In this document: positions 28,912 through 38,539 of the stretch, one piece after another
Position numbering within the stretch: the stretch's first letter is position 1
Layout of the letters: every line of letters begins with the position of its first letter
Source: Longimicrobiales bacterium
GTDB lineage: Bacteria > Gemmatimonadota > Gemmatimonadetes > Longimicrobiales > Gaopeijiaceae
Direction of reading: 5' to 3'
DNA length: 64,000 bases
Assembly: GCA_965202985.1 (NCBI GenBank)
Contig: CBDBCF010000001.1
Location: 800,001 to 864,000, forward strand
Position numbers and translations under genes: made by a program
Notes under the pieces: generated by a model
Seen by the model: the letters and a program-made list of their open reading frames with translations, nothing else
Databases searched by the model: none
Told to the model about the DNA's origin: nothing

Positions 28912-30000
28912 CTACCTGAACTCCAGCCTGGGCCTCAGCAGATGCAGCCAGGGCACCCCCTCCTCCGTCTCCTCGTAAGCCAAGATCATGTCGGAGCCGT
29001 GAACGAAGCCGCGAAGCGGCAGGTCGCTCCTATACCGAGCGAGAGTCCGCATCGTCTCGGGGTCGACCAAGTCCAGCATGCCATCCCCAATTTCCTGCGG
29101 GGTTGCCTCCCGACCCCATCGTTCCATCACTTTCGGGTCGTTTGTGCGACGCGTCCACCTGCGATCCGGCGTTGCCCAAAGGACCCAAAGACCACGTTCG
29201 TCGAGCCGCACGGCAAAGGCCGACGCGCCCGGGGCCCTGTACTCGGACGGCGGTGGCAACATATCCCTCTCGAGCTCCTTCACGTAGCGGTTGATTATCC
29301 GCCTCAGCTTCGGCTCGGGCAGCAGTGTCCACTCCTCGATCCGACCCGATGGGCCCTCGATCAGCCAAGCCACGGAGTCGCTTGCCGTCGCTCCGTAGTG
29401 CCGGGGCGTGAGAGCCGAGTATGCCGATCCGTCCCACCCATACGAACGCAACTCTCCATGCACGTCCAGCAGGTGCATATGGTGCCCGATGGACTCGGCC
29501 GAGAGGAGGTCGCCTCCGAAGACGACGGTACCCGACTCGGTTGTCGCCGCTTGGTTGATCCCGTTCGAGAACCTGTCCAGGCGGACGAACCGATGGTCCG
29601 TGTCCAGCAAGGTGCGGCCCCGATCCGGGTCGAAGACGTGGATGAACTGCGGTCCCACGTTGACGTGGGTGATCGCAACGTATTCGCCCGGACCTTCGCC
29701 GCTGCCGCCGATCTCGCGAACGAACGTCCCCGTCGAGTCGAAGACCGCAATGACGGGGCGGATTGCGGTCAGAAGAAATCGCCCGCGCTGGTCCACCGCG
29801 ATCTTTGAGTCGCGACTGACCAGGTGCACGCCGGGTGCGTCCAGCCCGCCCAGGGTCATCACGGTGTCAACGGCGATCCGGCACTCCGCGCACGACACCT
29901 CGCCCGAGACTTCGATTACGGGCTGGCCGGCGGCGGGCACGGCGGGTCCGGCCGCACACGCCGCCAGCGTCACGGTCGCGAGTCTCCAGAAGCGCGCCAC
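28912..30000 (-). CDS. Secreted six-bladed beta-propeller (NHL-like) protein
   Basis: Signal peptide; 'VFDSTGTFVREIGGSGEGPGEY'. Confidence 0.8.
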   Translation of the reverse strand: MARFWRLATVTLAACAAGPAVPAAGQPVIEVSGEVSCAECRIAVDTVMTLGGLDAPGVHLVSRDSKIAVDQRGRFLLTAIRPVIAVFDSTGTFVREIGGSGEGPGEYVAITHVNVGPQFIHVFDPDRGRTLLDTDHRFVRLDRFSNGINQAATTESGTVVFGGDLLSAESIGHHMHLLDVHGELRSYGWDGSAYSALTPRHYGATASDSVAWLIEGPSGRIEEWTLLPEPKLRRIINRYVKELERDMLPPPSEYRAPGASAFAVRLDERGLWVLWATPDRRWTRRTNDPKVMERWGREATPQEIGDGMLDLVDPETMRTLARYRSDLPLRGFVHGSDMILAYEETEEGVPWLHLLRPRLEFR

Positions 30001-30188
30001 TGCAGGTCAGGTCCAGCCTTCGGTCAGGGCTCTTCGACGGCAACGACCGTCACGGCGGCCAACAGTCGGGAACCGACAGGCACACGGCCCACTATGGCGT
30101 CGCCGCACCCGACTATCTGGAATGCCCATCCGCTCCGACGAGGTCCGGCCCCGCCAGCTCCGGGCCCCGGCGACTTGCCCCCGCCTGC

Positions 30189-31124
30189 TCACCGCGTGTC
30201 GCCCTCCTCGCCGTTGCGGCGCAGGACCATGATCAAGTAGCGCTTCCGGGCCGCAAATTCGGCCGGGTCCAGCACCGCCAAGCTGCGAACCAGTGCCGCC
30301 CGCCCTTCGGCCGCCGCCTCTTCCAAGACGTAGCCGGTGGCGGGGTGCTTCGCCCGCAGCTTGTCGCGCGCGAAGTCGAACGCGGGCAACCCCAAGCGGT
30401 GCGCCAGCATGTGGGCGAACCCCAGCGTCGGCAGCACGTGCGGCGTGATGTCCCGTTCGCGCGCCACGCGGAAGCCGGCGTCCTGGGCGCGTCGCCGGAA
30501 TTCGGACAGCCGCCACCCGGAGCGCTCGCCGTCCGCGCCGCGTCGGAAGTAGTCGGCCACGACCCACCGGCCCCCCGGCGCCAGCACCGCGTCCACCACG
30601 GGAAACACCTGTTCCGGCACCATGTACTGCACGGATTCGGCGTGGAGAACCGCGCCGAAGCGGCCTCTGTGGTCGGACACGGGCATCTCCTCGAATTTGC
30701 AGTGCAGCAGCGGGACGTCCGGATAGGCGCTCCGGATGTGCTCGACTTGGAAGAAGTCCGGCGTGAGGCCGGTCGCGTCGTGGCCCGCCTTGCGCAACAA
30801 GCCCAGCATTCCGCCCATGCCGGACCCCGCGTCCAGCACCGGCCGTCCGGGCGGACCGGTCAGCTCCGCCAGCAGCTCCGCGTATCGCCGTTGCGCACGC
30901 TCCAGGTCGGCGAAGCTGACCGCCTCGGGGGCCGTGTCGGGGTCGTCGAAGTACCCGTAGTGAAGGAATCCGCCCGGCAGGATGCGGCTGTACAGCAGCA
31001 GCTGGGCGTTCCCCTCGACCGTGGGAGTCCGCCGGTGCCCGCGACGCCGGCGCAGCCAGCCGACGACGTGATGCGGCGCCAGCGCCCGTGCAAGGACCCG
31101 CCCCGCAACCCGTCGCGCCGACAG
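30189..31124 (-). CDS. Class I SAM-dependent methyltransferase, start codon non-canonical or uncertain
   Basis: 'FLHYGYFDD', 'VLDAGSGMGG', 'LAPGGR'; frame open up to the upstream TGA with no ATG/GTG/TTG before 30839. Confidence 0.8.
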   Translation of the reverse strand: MSARRVAGRVLARALAPHHVVGWLRRRRGHRRTPTVEGNAQLLLYSRILPGGFLHYGYFDDPDTAPEAVSFADLERAQRRYAELLAELTGPPGRPVLDAGSGMGGMLGLLRKAGHDATGLTPDFFQVEHIRSAYPDVPLLHCKFEEMPVSDHRGRFGAVLHAESVQYMVPEQVFPVVDAVLAPGGRWVVADYFRRGADGERSGWRLSEFRRRAQDAGFRVARERDITPHVLPTLGFAHMLAHRLGLPAFDFARDKLRAKHPATGYVLEEAAAEGRAALVRSLAVLDPAEFAARKRYLIMVLRRNGEEGDTR

Positions 31125-31127
31125 GAA

Positions 31128-32276
31128 TCAGCCCCTGTTGAAGACGAAGTAGTCGTGGACGGCGCGCGCGATCTGGGCGATCACGGGCTCCCGGTCCGCG
31201 TAGTCCTCGATCCGGGACTCCTTGACGAAGACGACCGCGATCACGTGCCCTGCGCCGTCCGGCAGGTCCACGATGCCGACATCGTTGGTGGTCTGGCCGA
31301 TCGTGCCCGTCTTGTGCGCCACGCGCGTGCCCGGCGGCAGCACGCCTTTCAGTCGTCCTTCGCCGGTCCGGCACCGGTACATGATGTCCAGCAGCAGCGC
31401 CGAACTCTCTTCGGAGAGCAGCTCCCGCTCCCAGATCATGCGCAGCAGCTCGGACATGGCGACGGGCGTGGAGGTGTCCCGAAGGTCGCGGTTGAACACG
31501 GCGCTGTAGGCCGCCACGTCTTCGTCCGTGCGTTCCGACTCCAGCAGGGCCAAGTAGTCCGCCGGGGCAATGGGGGCGTTCTCGGTCACGTCGGCGCGCC
31601 CCAGCCAGTTGGCGATCAGCGCCCACGTGGGGCGGTCCACGCGCATGCCCTCGATGCCGGCGTCGCGCACTTGGGCGGTGACCGCCGCCGCGCCGCCCGC
31701 CGTCCGCATCAGCACGTCGGTGGCGATGTTGTCGCTGATCTGCAGCATGAGTTCAAGCAGGTTGTGGACGGAGAGCTGCAGCCCGGGATCGTCCAGGAGG
31801 TCGCTGATGGCGCTGGACGTGCGGTACACGTCGGCTTGGTCGATCTCGATCATGTCGGACAGCGCCAGGTCGCCTTGGTCCACCATGGACAGAATGCGCG
31901 CGGCGATCGGGACCTTGTAGGTGCTGGCCATGGGGAAGGCCTCGTCGCCGTTCAGGGTGAAGCCGCGCCCAGTCTCCAGGTGGTGCGCCGCCACGCCCAC
32001 GACGCCCTCGGCGTGCTCTGCCAAGCGCGCCACTTCGTCGGCCAGCCGCTCCAGGCCGGGGTCGTCGCCGAAGGTGCGGGTCTGCTGGGCGACGGCCGTG
32101 GCCAGGGCCGGTGCCGGTGCCCAAGACCAAGCCGAGGCCGGGACGGCTGCAACCGCGACGGCGGCCGCAGCGGCAAGGAGCGGGAAGCGAGCGGCGAGCG
32201 GGAAGCGGGCGGCGCGACGCCTCGCGGGCGCGGCGCGCCTCACGGACAGATCGGACGCGGAATGCGGATTGGTCAT
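31128..32276 (-). CDS. Class A beta-lactamase-fold serine hydrolase
   Basis: 'FPMASTYK', 'SDN', 'HKTG'; signal peptide. Confidence 0.9.
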   Translation of the reverse strand: MTNPHSASDLSVRRAAPARRRAARFPLAARFPLLAAAAAVAVAAVPASAWSWAPAPALATAVAQQTRTFGDDPGLERLADEVARLAEHAEGVVGVAAHHLETGRGFTLNGDEAFPMASTYKVPIAARILSMVDQGDLALSDMIEIDQADVYRTSSAISDLLDDPGLQLSVHNLLELMLQISDNIATDVLMRTAGGAAAVTAQVRDAGIEGMRVDRPTWALIANWLGRADVTENAPIAPADYLALLESERTDEDVAAYSAVFNRDLRDTSTPVAMSELLRMIWERELLSEESSALLLDIMYRCRTGEGRLKGVLPPGTRVAHKTGTIGQTTNDVGIVDLPDGAGHVIAVVFVKESRIEDYADREPVIAQIARAVHDYFVFNRG

Positions 32277-32328
32277 GGGACCTCCTTGGGGGCGGGCCGG
32301 GACTGAGCGACGTACATTACGGACCGTC

Positions 32329-33411
32329 ATGACCTGCGTACAGATTTCGGGCACGGGCGCGGGCGTTCGGGCCACGGCCGTTCGCGTCGCCGTCGTTGCG
32401 GCCCTGGCCGTCACCGCAACGTGCGGCGGCGGTTCGTCCGTAACAACGCCCCCCGATCCCGACCCGCCGCAACCGCATGCGGGCCCCTGCGTCGCCGTTG
32501 CAAGCTGCTCGGCGCGCCTTGCCCTGGGCGCGGGCGCGTTCCTTCCCTACTACGCAACGCACCAGCTGGACGTGGGCGCCGCGGCTCAACCCACGCCCGC
32601 GACCCGGGCCGTCGTCGTGGTTCACGGCAACAGCCGCAACGCCGACGACTACTTCGAGCGCGTGGTGGCGGCGGCGGAAGGGGCCGGCCGTATTCAGTCC
32701 ACGGTCGTCGTCGCGCCCCGCTTCCAGACCAGCGACGACGGACCGGGCGCCGGCGAACCCTACTGGACGAGCTCCGGCTGGAAGCGGGGCCACCCCTCGG
32801 AAGGAGGCGCCTCGCCCGCCGTCAGCTCCTACGCCGCGCTGGACACCGTGCTGGCGCGGTTGGCGGACCGAACCCGCTTCCCCGGCTTGACGCACTTGGT
32901 CGTCACCGGCCATTCGGCGGGCGGCCAAGTGGCCCATCGCTACGCCGCCGGAAGCCCGATGGAGGAACGGCTGATCGGCATCGCCGCGCGGTACGTGGTC
33001 GCCAACCCATCCACCTACCTGTACCCTACGCCGCTTCGCGAATGGGCGGGCCGGTTCGTGACGCCCGAATCGGCGAACTGCCCCGACTACGATTCCTGGC
33101 ACTACGGGCTCCAGGACCTGCCTCCCTACATGCTTCGGGAGGGCGCGGACAGCGCTCGGGTCCGGCTGCTGCGGCGAGACGCGATCGTCCTGGCCGGCGA
33201 TCAGGACACGGGAACGTCGCTGCTGGACCAGTCGTGCGGCGCCAACTTCCAAGGCGCCAACCGCTTCCAGCGCGCTCAAGCCCTGTTGCGCACGCTGGAC
33301 CACGTGTTTCCCGGCGAGCATCGGCATCGCTTGGTCGTGGTGCCCGGCGTGGGCCACTCCAGCGCGGAGATGTACCAGTCCGCCCCCGGGCGCCGAGCGC
33401 TCTTCGAACCA

Positions 33412-33414
<3 letters not shown>
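32329..33414 (+). CDS. Secreted alpha/beta hydrolase
   Basis: 'VVVHG', nucleophile 'GHSAGGQ', 'VANPS', 'VPGVGH'. Confidence 0.85.
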
Positions 33415-33484
<70 letters not shown>

Positions 33485-33516
33485 GCACCAAAGCTAACCG
33501 ACCCGACAAGAGAACG

Positions 33517-35265
33517 ATGGCAAGACTCCGACTACCGGGGCTGGGGCCGATCGTAGGCCACACCACCGACCGCACGAGCCGCATCTGGGTTCGCGCCGAT
33601 CCCGAGACCGACGACGGCGACCACCCCGAGTCGAGCCGTCGCACCGTGGCCGTGGTCGGCGTGCTGTCCAAGAACGGGCGCGCCCTGAACCCCGTCAAGA
33701 CCTTCTACTTCCGGCTCCATCGCGAGTTCGACCGAAGCGGCAGCATCGAGCTGGGCGCCGACACGCCCGGCTTCGCCCTGGAACCGGACTCGGAGTACGC
33801 GGTGCGCGTGGGTTGCCTGGTCCTGGACGACGCCATGGAGGACGACACCGAGTTCGAGAGCGACGAACTCCTCAAGCGCCTGCCCCGTTCCACCGTCTGG
33901 CGGGACGACTTGAAGCGGTTGGACCCGACCAAGGCGGGCGCGCTCGTGCGCACCTTCCCCGGCGGCGCGGACGACGGCGGACGCACGAACACCGACCGGG
34001 ACGAAGGCGCACGCGGCGACGCAAGCGGCGCGAGCGACGGCGCAGGCAAACAGGCCGGGCGCCTCGGCTTCCTCTTGGGTTCGTGCCGCTACCCCGGCCT
34101 TCTTTGGAAGGTCCGCCACTCGGATCGAATCTTCGGCGCCATGGCGGCGATGGCGGACGCCGCCGCGACCGAGGACTCGCCCGACCGCCCCCGCTTCGTC
34201 CTGATGGTGGGCGACCAGATCTACGCCGACCTGTTCAACAAGCGCATCCCCTTCGGCCGCGCCGACACGTACCGCGAGTTCCGCGACCGCTACCTGACCG
34301 CCTTCGGGTCGCCCAACATCCGGCGGCTCATGCAGCGGCTGCCGACGTACATGATCCTGGACGACCACGAGATCGAGGACAACTGGTCCCAGGACCGACT
34401 CCGCCGCTCGGCCCGCTACCACCTCTTCACCATCGCCATCGACGCCTACCTGAGCTACCAGTGGAGCCACGGCCCGCGCACGTGGGGCCGCCGCCTCTAC
34501 TACCGCTTCGACTGCGGCGTCTTTCCCTTCTTCGTCCTGGACACGCGCACGCAACGGTTCGTCGAGGGCCGCCCCGGCGACCTGTCCCGGAACCACCTGC
34601 TGGGCCGGCCGACGCTGCCGGGCGCGCCTCCGGGGCAGCTTCGGCGCCTGCTGACGTGGTTGGAGGAGCAGCAGCGGACGCGGGGCAACGTGCCCAAGTT
34701 CGTCGTCACGTCGGGAGTGTTCGCGCCCAGCCCCATGTCGGCCCGAACGCCGATGGTCGAGACCGACCCGGAAGCGCTGGAGCGAAGCGACGGCTGGCCG
34801 GGGTTCCCCAAAACCCGCGGCGCGGTGCTGCGGCGCATCGTGGACGCGGGCGTGCAGAACATCGTGTTCCTGTCGGGCGACATTCACTGCTGCAACGTGG
34901 CCGAGCTGTTCTTCTCGGGGACGCCGGGCGCGGAGGACTTGAAGGCGTTCTCGGTCACGTCGTCGGCGTTCTACTGGCCCTTCCCCTTTGCGGACGGCGA
35001 GCCGTCGGACTTCGTTCACGACTCCCGGGCCGAAGGACAGGAGGACACCTTCGTCTTCGAGGACGGCGAAGGCCGGCGCGTGTCGATGGACTACCGGACG
35101 CGCAACTTCTCCCAAGAGGACAACTTCTCGCACGTGACGGTGGATCGGGCGACGCGATCCTTGCGCGTGCGGGTCTTCGACGCCAAGGGCCGGCTGGTCG
35201 AGGAAGAGGACGGCGAAGGCCGGCGCCGCGCCTTGGACGCCCGCCTGGAGCTGGCGCCCTGGTAG
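33517..35265 (+). CDS. Alkaline phosphatase D family protein, no obvious signal peptide
   Basis: 'LGSC', 'GDQIYAD', 'ILDDHE..DNW', 'LDTR', 'LSGDIH'. Confidence 0.9.
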   Translation: MARLRLPGLGPIVGHTTDRTSRIWVRADPETDDGDHPESSRRTVAVVGVLSKNGRALNPVKTFYFRLHREFDRSGSIELGADTPGFALEPDSEYAVRVGCLVLDDAMEDDTEFESDELLKRLPRSTVWRDDLKRLDPTKAGALVRTFPGGADDGGRTNTDRDEGARGDASGASDGAGKQAGRLGFLLGSCRYPGLLWKVRHSDRIFGAMAAMADAAATEDSPDRPRFVLMVGDQIYADLFNKRIPFGRADTYREFRDRYLTAFGSPNIRRLMQRLPTYMILDDHEIEDNWSQDRLRRSARYHLFTIAIDAYLSYQWSHGPRTWGRRLYYRFDCGVFPFFVLDTRTQRFVEGRPGDLSRNHLLGRPTLPGAPPGQLRRLLTWLEEQQRTRGNVPKFVVTSGVFAPSPMSARTPMVETDPEALERSDGWPGFPKTRGAVLRRIVDAGVQNIVFLSGDIHCCNVAELFFSGTPGAEDLKAFSVTSSAFYWPFPFADGEPSDFVHDSRAEGQEDTFVFEDGEGRRVSMDYRTRNFSQEDNFSHVTVDRATRSLRVRVFDAKGRLVEEEDGEGRRRALDARLELAPW

Positions 35266-35269
35266 CGGG

Positions 35270-35896
35270 TCAGCGGCCCGCGTCTTCCAGGGGCAGCTCC
35301 ATCTGGAGGAGCCCGAAGCTGGTGCGGTGGTGAGGGGTGATCCCCGCCTTCCGCAGCGCTTGGCGATGGCGTGGCGTGGCGTAGCCCTTGTTCCGCTCCC
35401 ATCCGTAGTCCGGGTAGCGCGCCGCCAGCAGGGTCATGAGTCGGTCCCGGCAGACCTTCGCCACGATCGACGCGCACGCTACCGAATGCACCAGGGCGTC
35501 GCCTCCCACGACGGCGTCGTGTTCCCAGTCCACTCCCGGCACCGGCAAGCCGTCCACCACCACGTGGTCGGGGGGGAGCGGCAGACGGCCCAGGGCTCGC
35601 GTCATGGCGCGGGCGGTGGCGCGCAGGATGTTGACTCGGTCGATCTCCCGGACCGACGCGGCCCCAATCGAGACGGCCGCGGCCTGCGCGTGGATATCTC
35701 CGGCTAGGCGTTCACGTTCCTCCGGCGATACGACCTTGGAGTCGGTCGCGCCATCCACGAACACGCCCTCCGGAAGGACGACCGCCGCGGCGACCACCGG
35801 ACCCGCAAGAGGCCCGCGCCCCGCCTCGTCCACGCCCGCGACAACGGCCTGCCCGCGCTTCCAGCACCGGCGCTCGTATGCGAGGCGCCCGGTCAA
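35270..35896 (-). CDS. rnhB: Ribonuclease HII
   Basis: '[14 protein letters not shown]', 'DSK', 'ASIVAKV.RD', 'NKGY'; TTG overlaps the rplS stop. Confidence 0.96.
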   Translation of the reverse strand: MTGRLAYERRCWKRGQAVVAGVDEAGRGPLAGPVVAAAVVLPEGVFVDGATDSKVVSPEERERLAGDIHAQAAAVSIGAASVREIDRVNILRATARAMTRALGRLPLPPDHVVVDGLPVPGVDWEHDAVVGGDALVHSVACASIVAKVCRDRLMTLLAARYPDYGWERNKGYATPRHRQALRKAGITPHHRTSFGLLQMELPLEDAGR

Positions 35897-36264
35897 TCGG
35901 GACGGACGGACCGCTTCTCCTTGATGCGGGTGGCCTTGCCGCGCCGGCCCCTCAGGTAGTAGAGCTTGGCGCGCCGGACGCGGCCCCGTCGCACGACCTC
36001 GACGCCGCCCACGGTGGGAGCGTGAACCGGAAACACCCTCTCCACGCCAATTCCGCCCGACAGCTTTCGCACGGTGAAGGTTTCGCCCATCCCCGAGCCC
36101 CGGCGCCCTAGGCAAACGCCCTCGAACGCCTGGATGCGCTCCTTCTGTCCTTCGCGGACTCGGTAGAGCACGCGGATCGTGTCTCCGGGAGCAAAGTCGG
36201 GAAGGTCGTCGCGGCCGTGCTCCGCGACGTGTTCGGAATCAAGTTGTTGGAGGATGTCCGCCAT
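35893..36264 (-). CDS. rplS: 50S ribosomal protein L19
   Basis: 'ERIQAFEG', 'GVERVFP', '[10 protein letters not shown]'. Confidence 0.98.
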   Translation of the reverse strand: MADILQQLDSEHVAEHGRDDLPDFAPGDTIRVLYRVREGQKERIQAFEGVCLGRRGSGMGETFTVRKLSGGIGVERVFPVHAPTVGGVEVVRRGRVRRAKLYYLRGRRGKATRIKEKRSVRPD

Positions 36265-36371
36265 TGCCGGGCTCCTCTATGCGGGCCGCAGAAGCAGAAA
36301 AAATGTGCGTGAAGGGTAGCCTTGGAAGATAGCGCTCGCTCGCCTTGGACGCCAAGGGAGCGGGTGCCGCG

Positions 36372-37553
36372 CTACCGGGCGACCGAAGCGCCGTTGGCCG
36401 CCTCGGCCAGCAGGTCGTCTCCCGTGTCGCACTCCACCACGGCGTGGCCCACATGCAGCAGCTGCTCGGGGCCCATCGTCCTCACCAGCCCCTCAAGGCG
36501 CTTTGCCGTCTCCGCCCCGAACTTCCGAGACGCCTGCTGGAGCACCATCTCCCGGTGACCTCGGGCCACGCCCCGCTTCACGCCCTTCTTCACGCCCCTC
36601 ACCATGCCCTTCGCCATGCCCCTGCGCTCGTGTCCCTCCACCCACTCCTCGTAGTACGTCTGCCCCATCTCCAACGCCTCCTCTGGCTGAATGATCCCCT
36701 GCACGATAACTACCCTCCGCTCCGCCGGCACGCCCGCCGACCGCATCCGCTCGTCCGTCCACTTCGCGAACGCCTCCCGTAACGACGCCTGCGCCTCCCC
36801 GGCCCACTGCCCCGCCAACGAAGCGTGTACGCGCGGAAAGGCCGCCCCCAACGGCTCCCGCTCCAACGCGCCCAGCCAGCCCAGCAACGAGTCCGCTGGC
36901 AGCAAGCCCTCCGCCGACGCCGACTGCAAGTCCAGCACGAAGCACCGATGCGCGGTGCCGAAGCCGGCTACGGCGCGCGCAACGACCGGCGAAGGCGCCG
37001 GCGTGCGTGTCAGGGCGGCCAAGCTCGTCTCCGCCGGCCAGCGCTTCGGGCCGGTGTGAAGGACGCAGGAGAGGAGCAAGGGCACGGCGTCGCCGGGGTC
37101 CAGCATCGTCGGGTTGTCCCGCAGCGCCTCGACCATGCCGATCGCGTAGTCCAAGGTGCGAAGCGCCATGTCGGGATCGTGGGACGCCTGGAACTCGACC
37201 AGGAATACGACCGAGGCCTCGCTGTTCTTGAACCAGACCCGGAGTGCGAAGTCGGCCAGCCTGCGCTTGAGGCCCTTGGAGATCGTCTCGGTGGGAACCA
37301 GCGCGGCGGTGTCGAGGTCGAGGTGCTCGTGCCACTCGACGGCAAGGAAGTCGCGGATCAAGGACTCGATCGCCGTGCGGTGGGCGAAGAGGCTCTTGTA
37401 GGTCTGGTCGTGGCGACGGCGCTCGCGCTCTTCGGGCGCGTCGTCCTGGGGGTCCGGGGCATCGGCCGCGTGGTCGGGCTGATGGGACGAGTGGGGGGCG
37501 TTGGGCGGTCGGCGTTCGTCGGGGAGTCCGCGTTCGTCGGGGGGTCGGTCCAT
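36372..37553 (-). CDS. Rpn family (YhgA-like, PD-(D/E)XK) nuclease
   Basis: 'HDQTYKSLF', 'RRLAD', 'LVEFQASHDPDMALR', C-terminal G-x-x-x repeats and 'RKFG'. Confidence 0.9.
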   Translation of the reverse strand: MDRPPDERGLPDERRPPNAPHSSHQPDHAADAPDPQDDAPEERERRRHDQTYKSLFAHRTAIESLIRDFLAVEWHEHLDLDTAALVPTETISKGLKRRLADFALRVWFKNSEASVVFLVEFQASHDPDMALRTLDYAIGMVEALRDNPTMLDPGDAVPLLLSCVLHTGPKRWPAETSLAALTRTPAPSPVVARAVAGFGTAHRCFVLDLQSASAEGLLPADSLLGWLGALEREPLGAAFPRVHASLAGQWAGEAQASLREAFAKWTDERMRSAGVPAERRVVIVQGIIQPEEALEMGQTYYEEWVEGHERRGMAKGMVRGVKKGVKRGVARGHREMVLQQASRKFGAETAKRLEGLVRTMGPEQLLHVGHAVVECDTGDDLLAEAANGASVAR

Positions 37554-37907
37554 TAAGCGAGCGGCCTTTCCGGCGCGGGGGCTTGTGCCGCCTCTCGGGC
37601 GGATACCCGAACGATGGGGCCGAAAACGGGGCATTTGGATAGCTGGTTGGGACCGACTTTTCGCCGGACTTCCAGCGTACGCCCGCGAACCCGCGCAACA
37701 CCCTTGTCGCACAAAGGACTACGCGCATCCCGGACAGCGGAACTTCGGTCTGCTTGGAATTCAGCCGGCCCGGCAGATGAAGCCAAGGGCACCCCCTTCC
37801 CCTCCGTTTCCGTCGCGGCACGCCGGGCAACCTTTCGGAAACCGTTCCGCGTCCGTATCATGTCGGCAGGCTGGCAGGGTCCAACCAGAGGAGGAGGTTG
37901 CAAGAAG

Positions 37908-38504
37908 ATGAGGACGAGACCGGGAACGGGCGCCTTGGCCGCGGTGGTGATCGCGGGGAGCGCGGCGGCAGGGGCGGGAATCACCGCAGCGCTGGCTGCA
38001 AGGCACGGCGGACATCACCACCACAGGCACGTCCACATGAGCGTTCGCTGCGCGGAGGCGCCCCATGCGAGGGAGGCCGGCGCGACAGTGGTCGCGGTCG
38101 ATCCGACCGGGGCCGTCGTCGTGAGCGGCGCTACGATCACGGACAAGCGCAGGAAGGTTCGGAAGCGACGGCGCTGCCGTCGGGCCGCAGGCGAGGGAGT
38201 TCGCATCGTGGTGACGGGGAAGCACGCCTCGGGCGCCGTTCGGTCGGGCCACGCCGGATGGTCGGATCACGCGACGGAAGCCGACGCCTTGCGGCTCCGG
38301 CTGGACGACGTGCGCGTCCGTTGGCGCCTCGGCCAGGCGAGGAGATCCTCGGGAGACGCCACGGAGCGCATGAAGCAGGCCGTGGAACGCATGGAGCACG
38401 CCATGGAGCGCGTGGAAGCGCAGGTGACCGCGGCACAACAGGAGGCGGAACGCTTGGCCGCGGAGTCCTCGGCGTCGGAGCTCCAGCCGGGCGCCGGAAA
38501 CTAG
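37908..38504 (+). CDS. Hypothetical membrane-anchored protein with His-rich patch and coiled coil
   Basis: GGAGG RBS; hydrophobic N-terminus, 'HGGHHHHRHVH', heptad-like C-terminus. Confidence 0.55.
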   Translation: MRTRPGTGALAAVVIAGSAAAGAGITAALAARHGGHHHHRHVHMSVRCAEAPHAREAGATVVAVDPTGAVVVSGATITDKRRKVRKRRRCRRAAGEGVRIVVTGKHASGAVRSGHAGWSDHATEADALRLRLDDVRVRWRLGQARRSSGDATERMKQAVERMEHAMERVEAQVTAAQQEAERLAAESSASELQPGAGN

Positions 38505-38539
38505 GGAGCCCGCTCCCGAAGCCGACTCGGACGAACGCC

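Noticed and set aside
31125..31135. Selenocysteine recoding of the in-frame TGA
   Set aside because: Neither protein family uses Sec, the upstream protein is complete at that TGA, and no convincing SECIS was seen
29835..32306. Long plus-strand ORFs antisense to real genes (also 7502-9676, 10524-12665, 52179-54221)
   Set aside because: Antisense shadows with no recognisable motifs
36372..37553. Calling the Rpn genes IS transposases
   Set aside because: No terminal inverted repeats or target duplications were seen, and the family is not demonstrated to transpose
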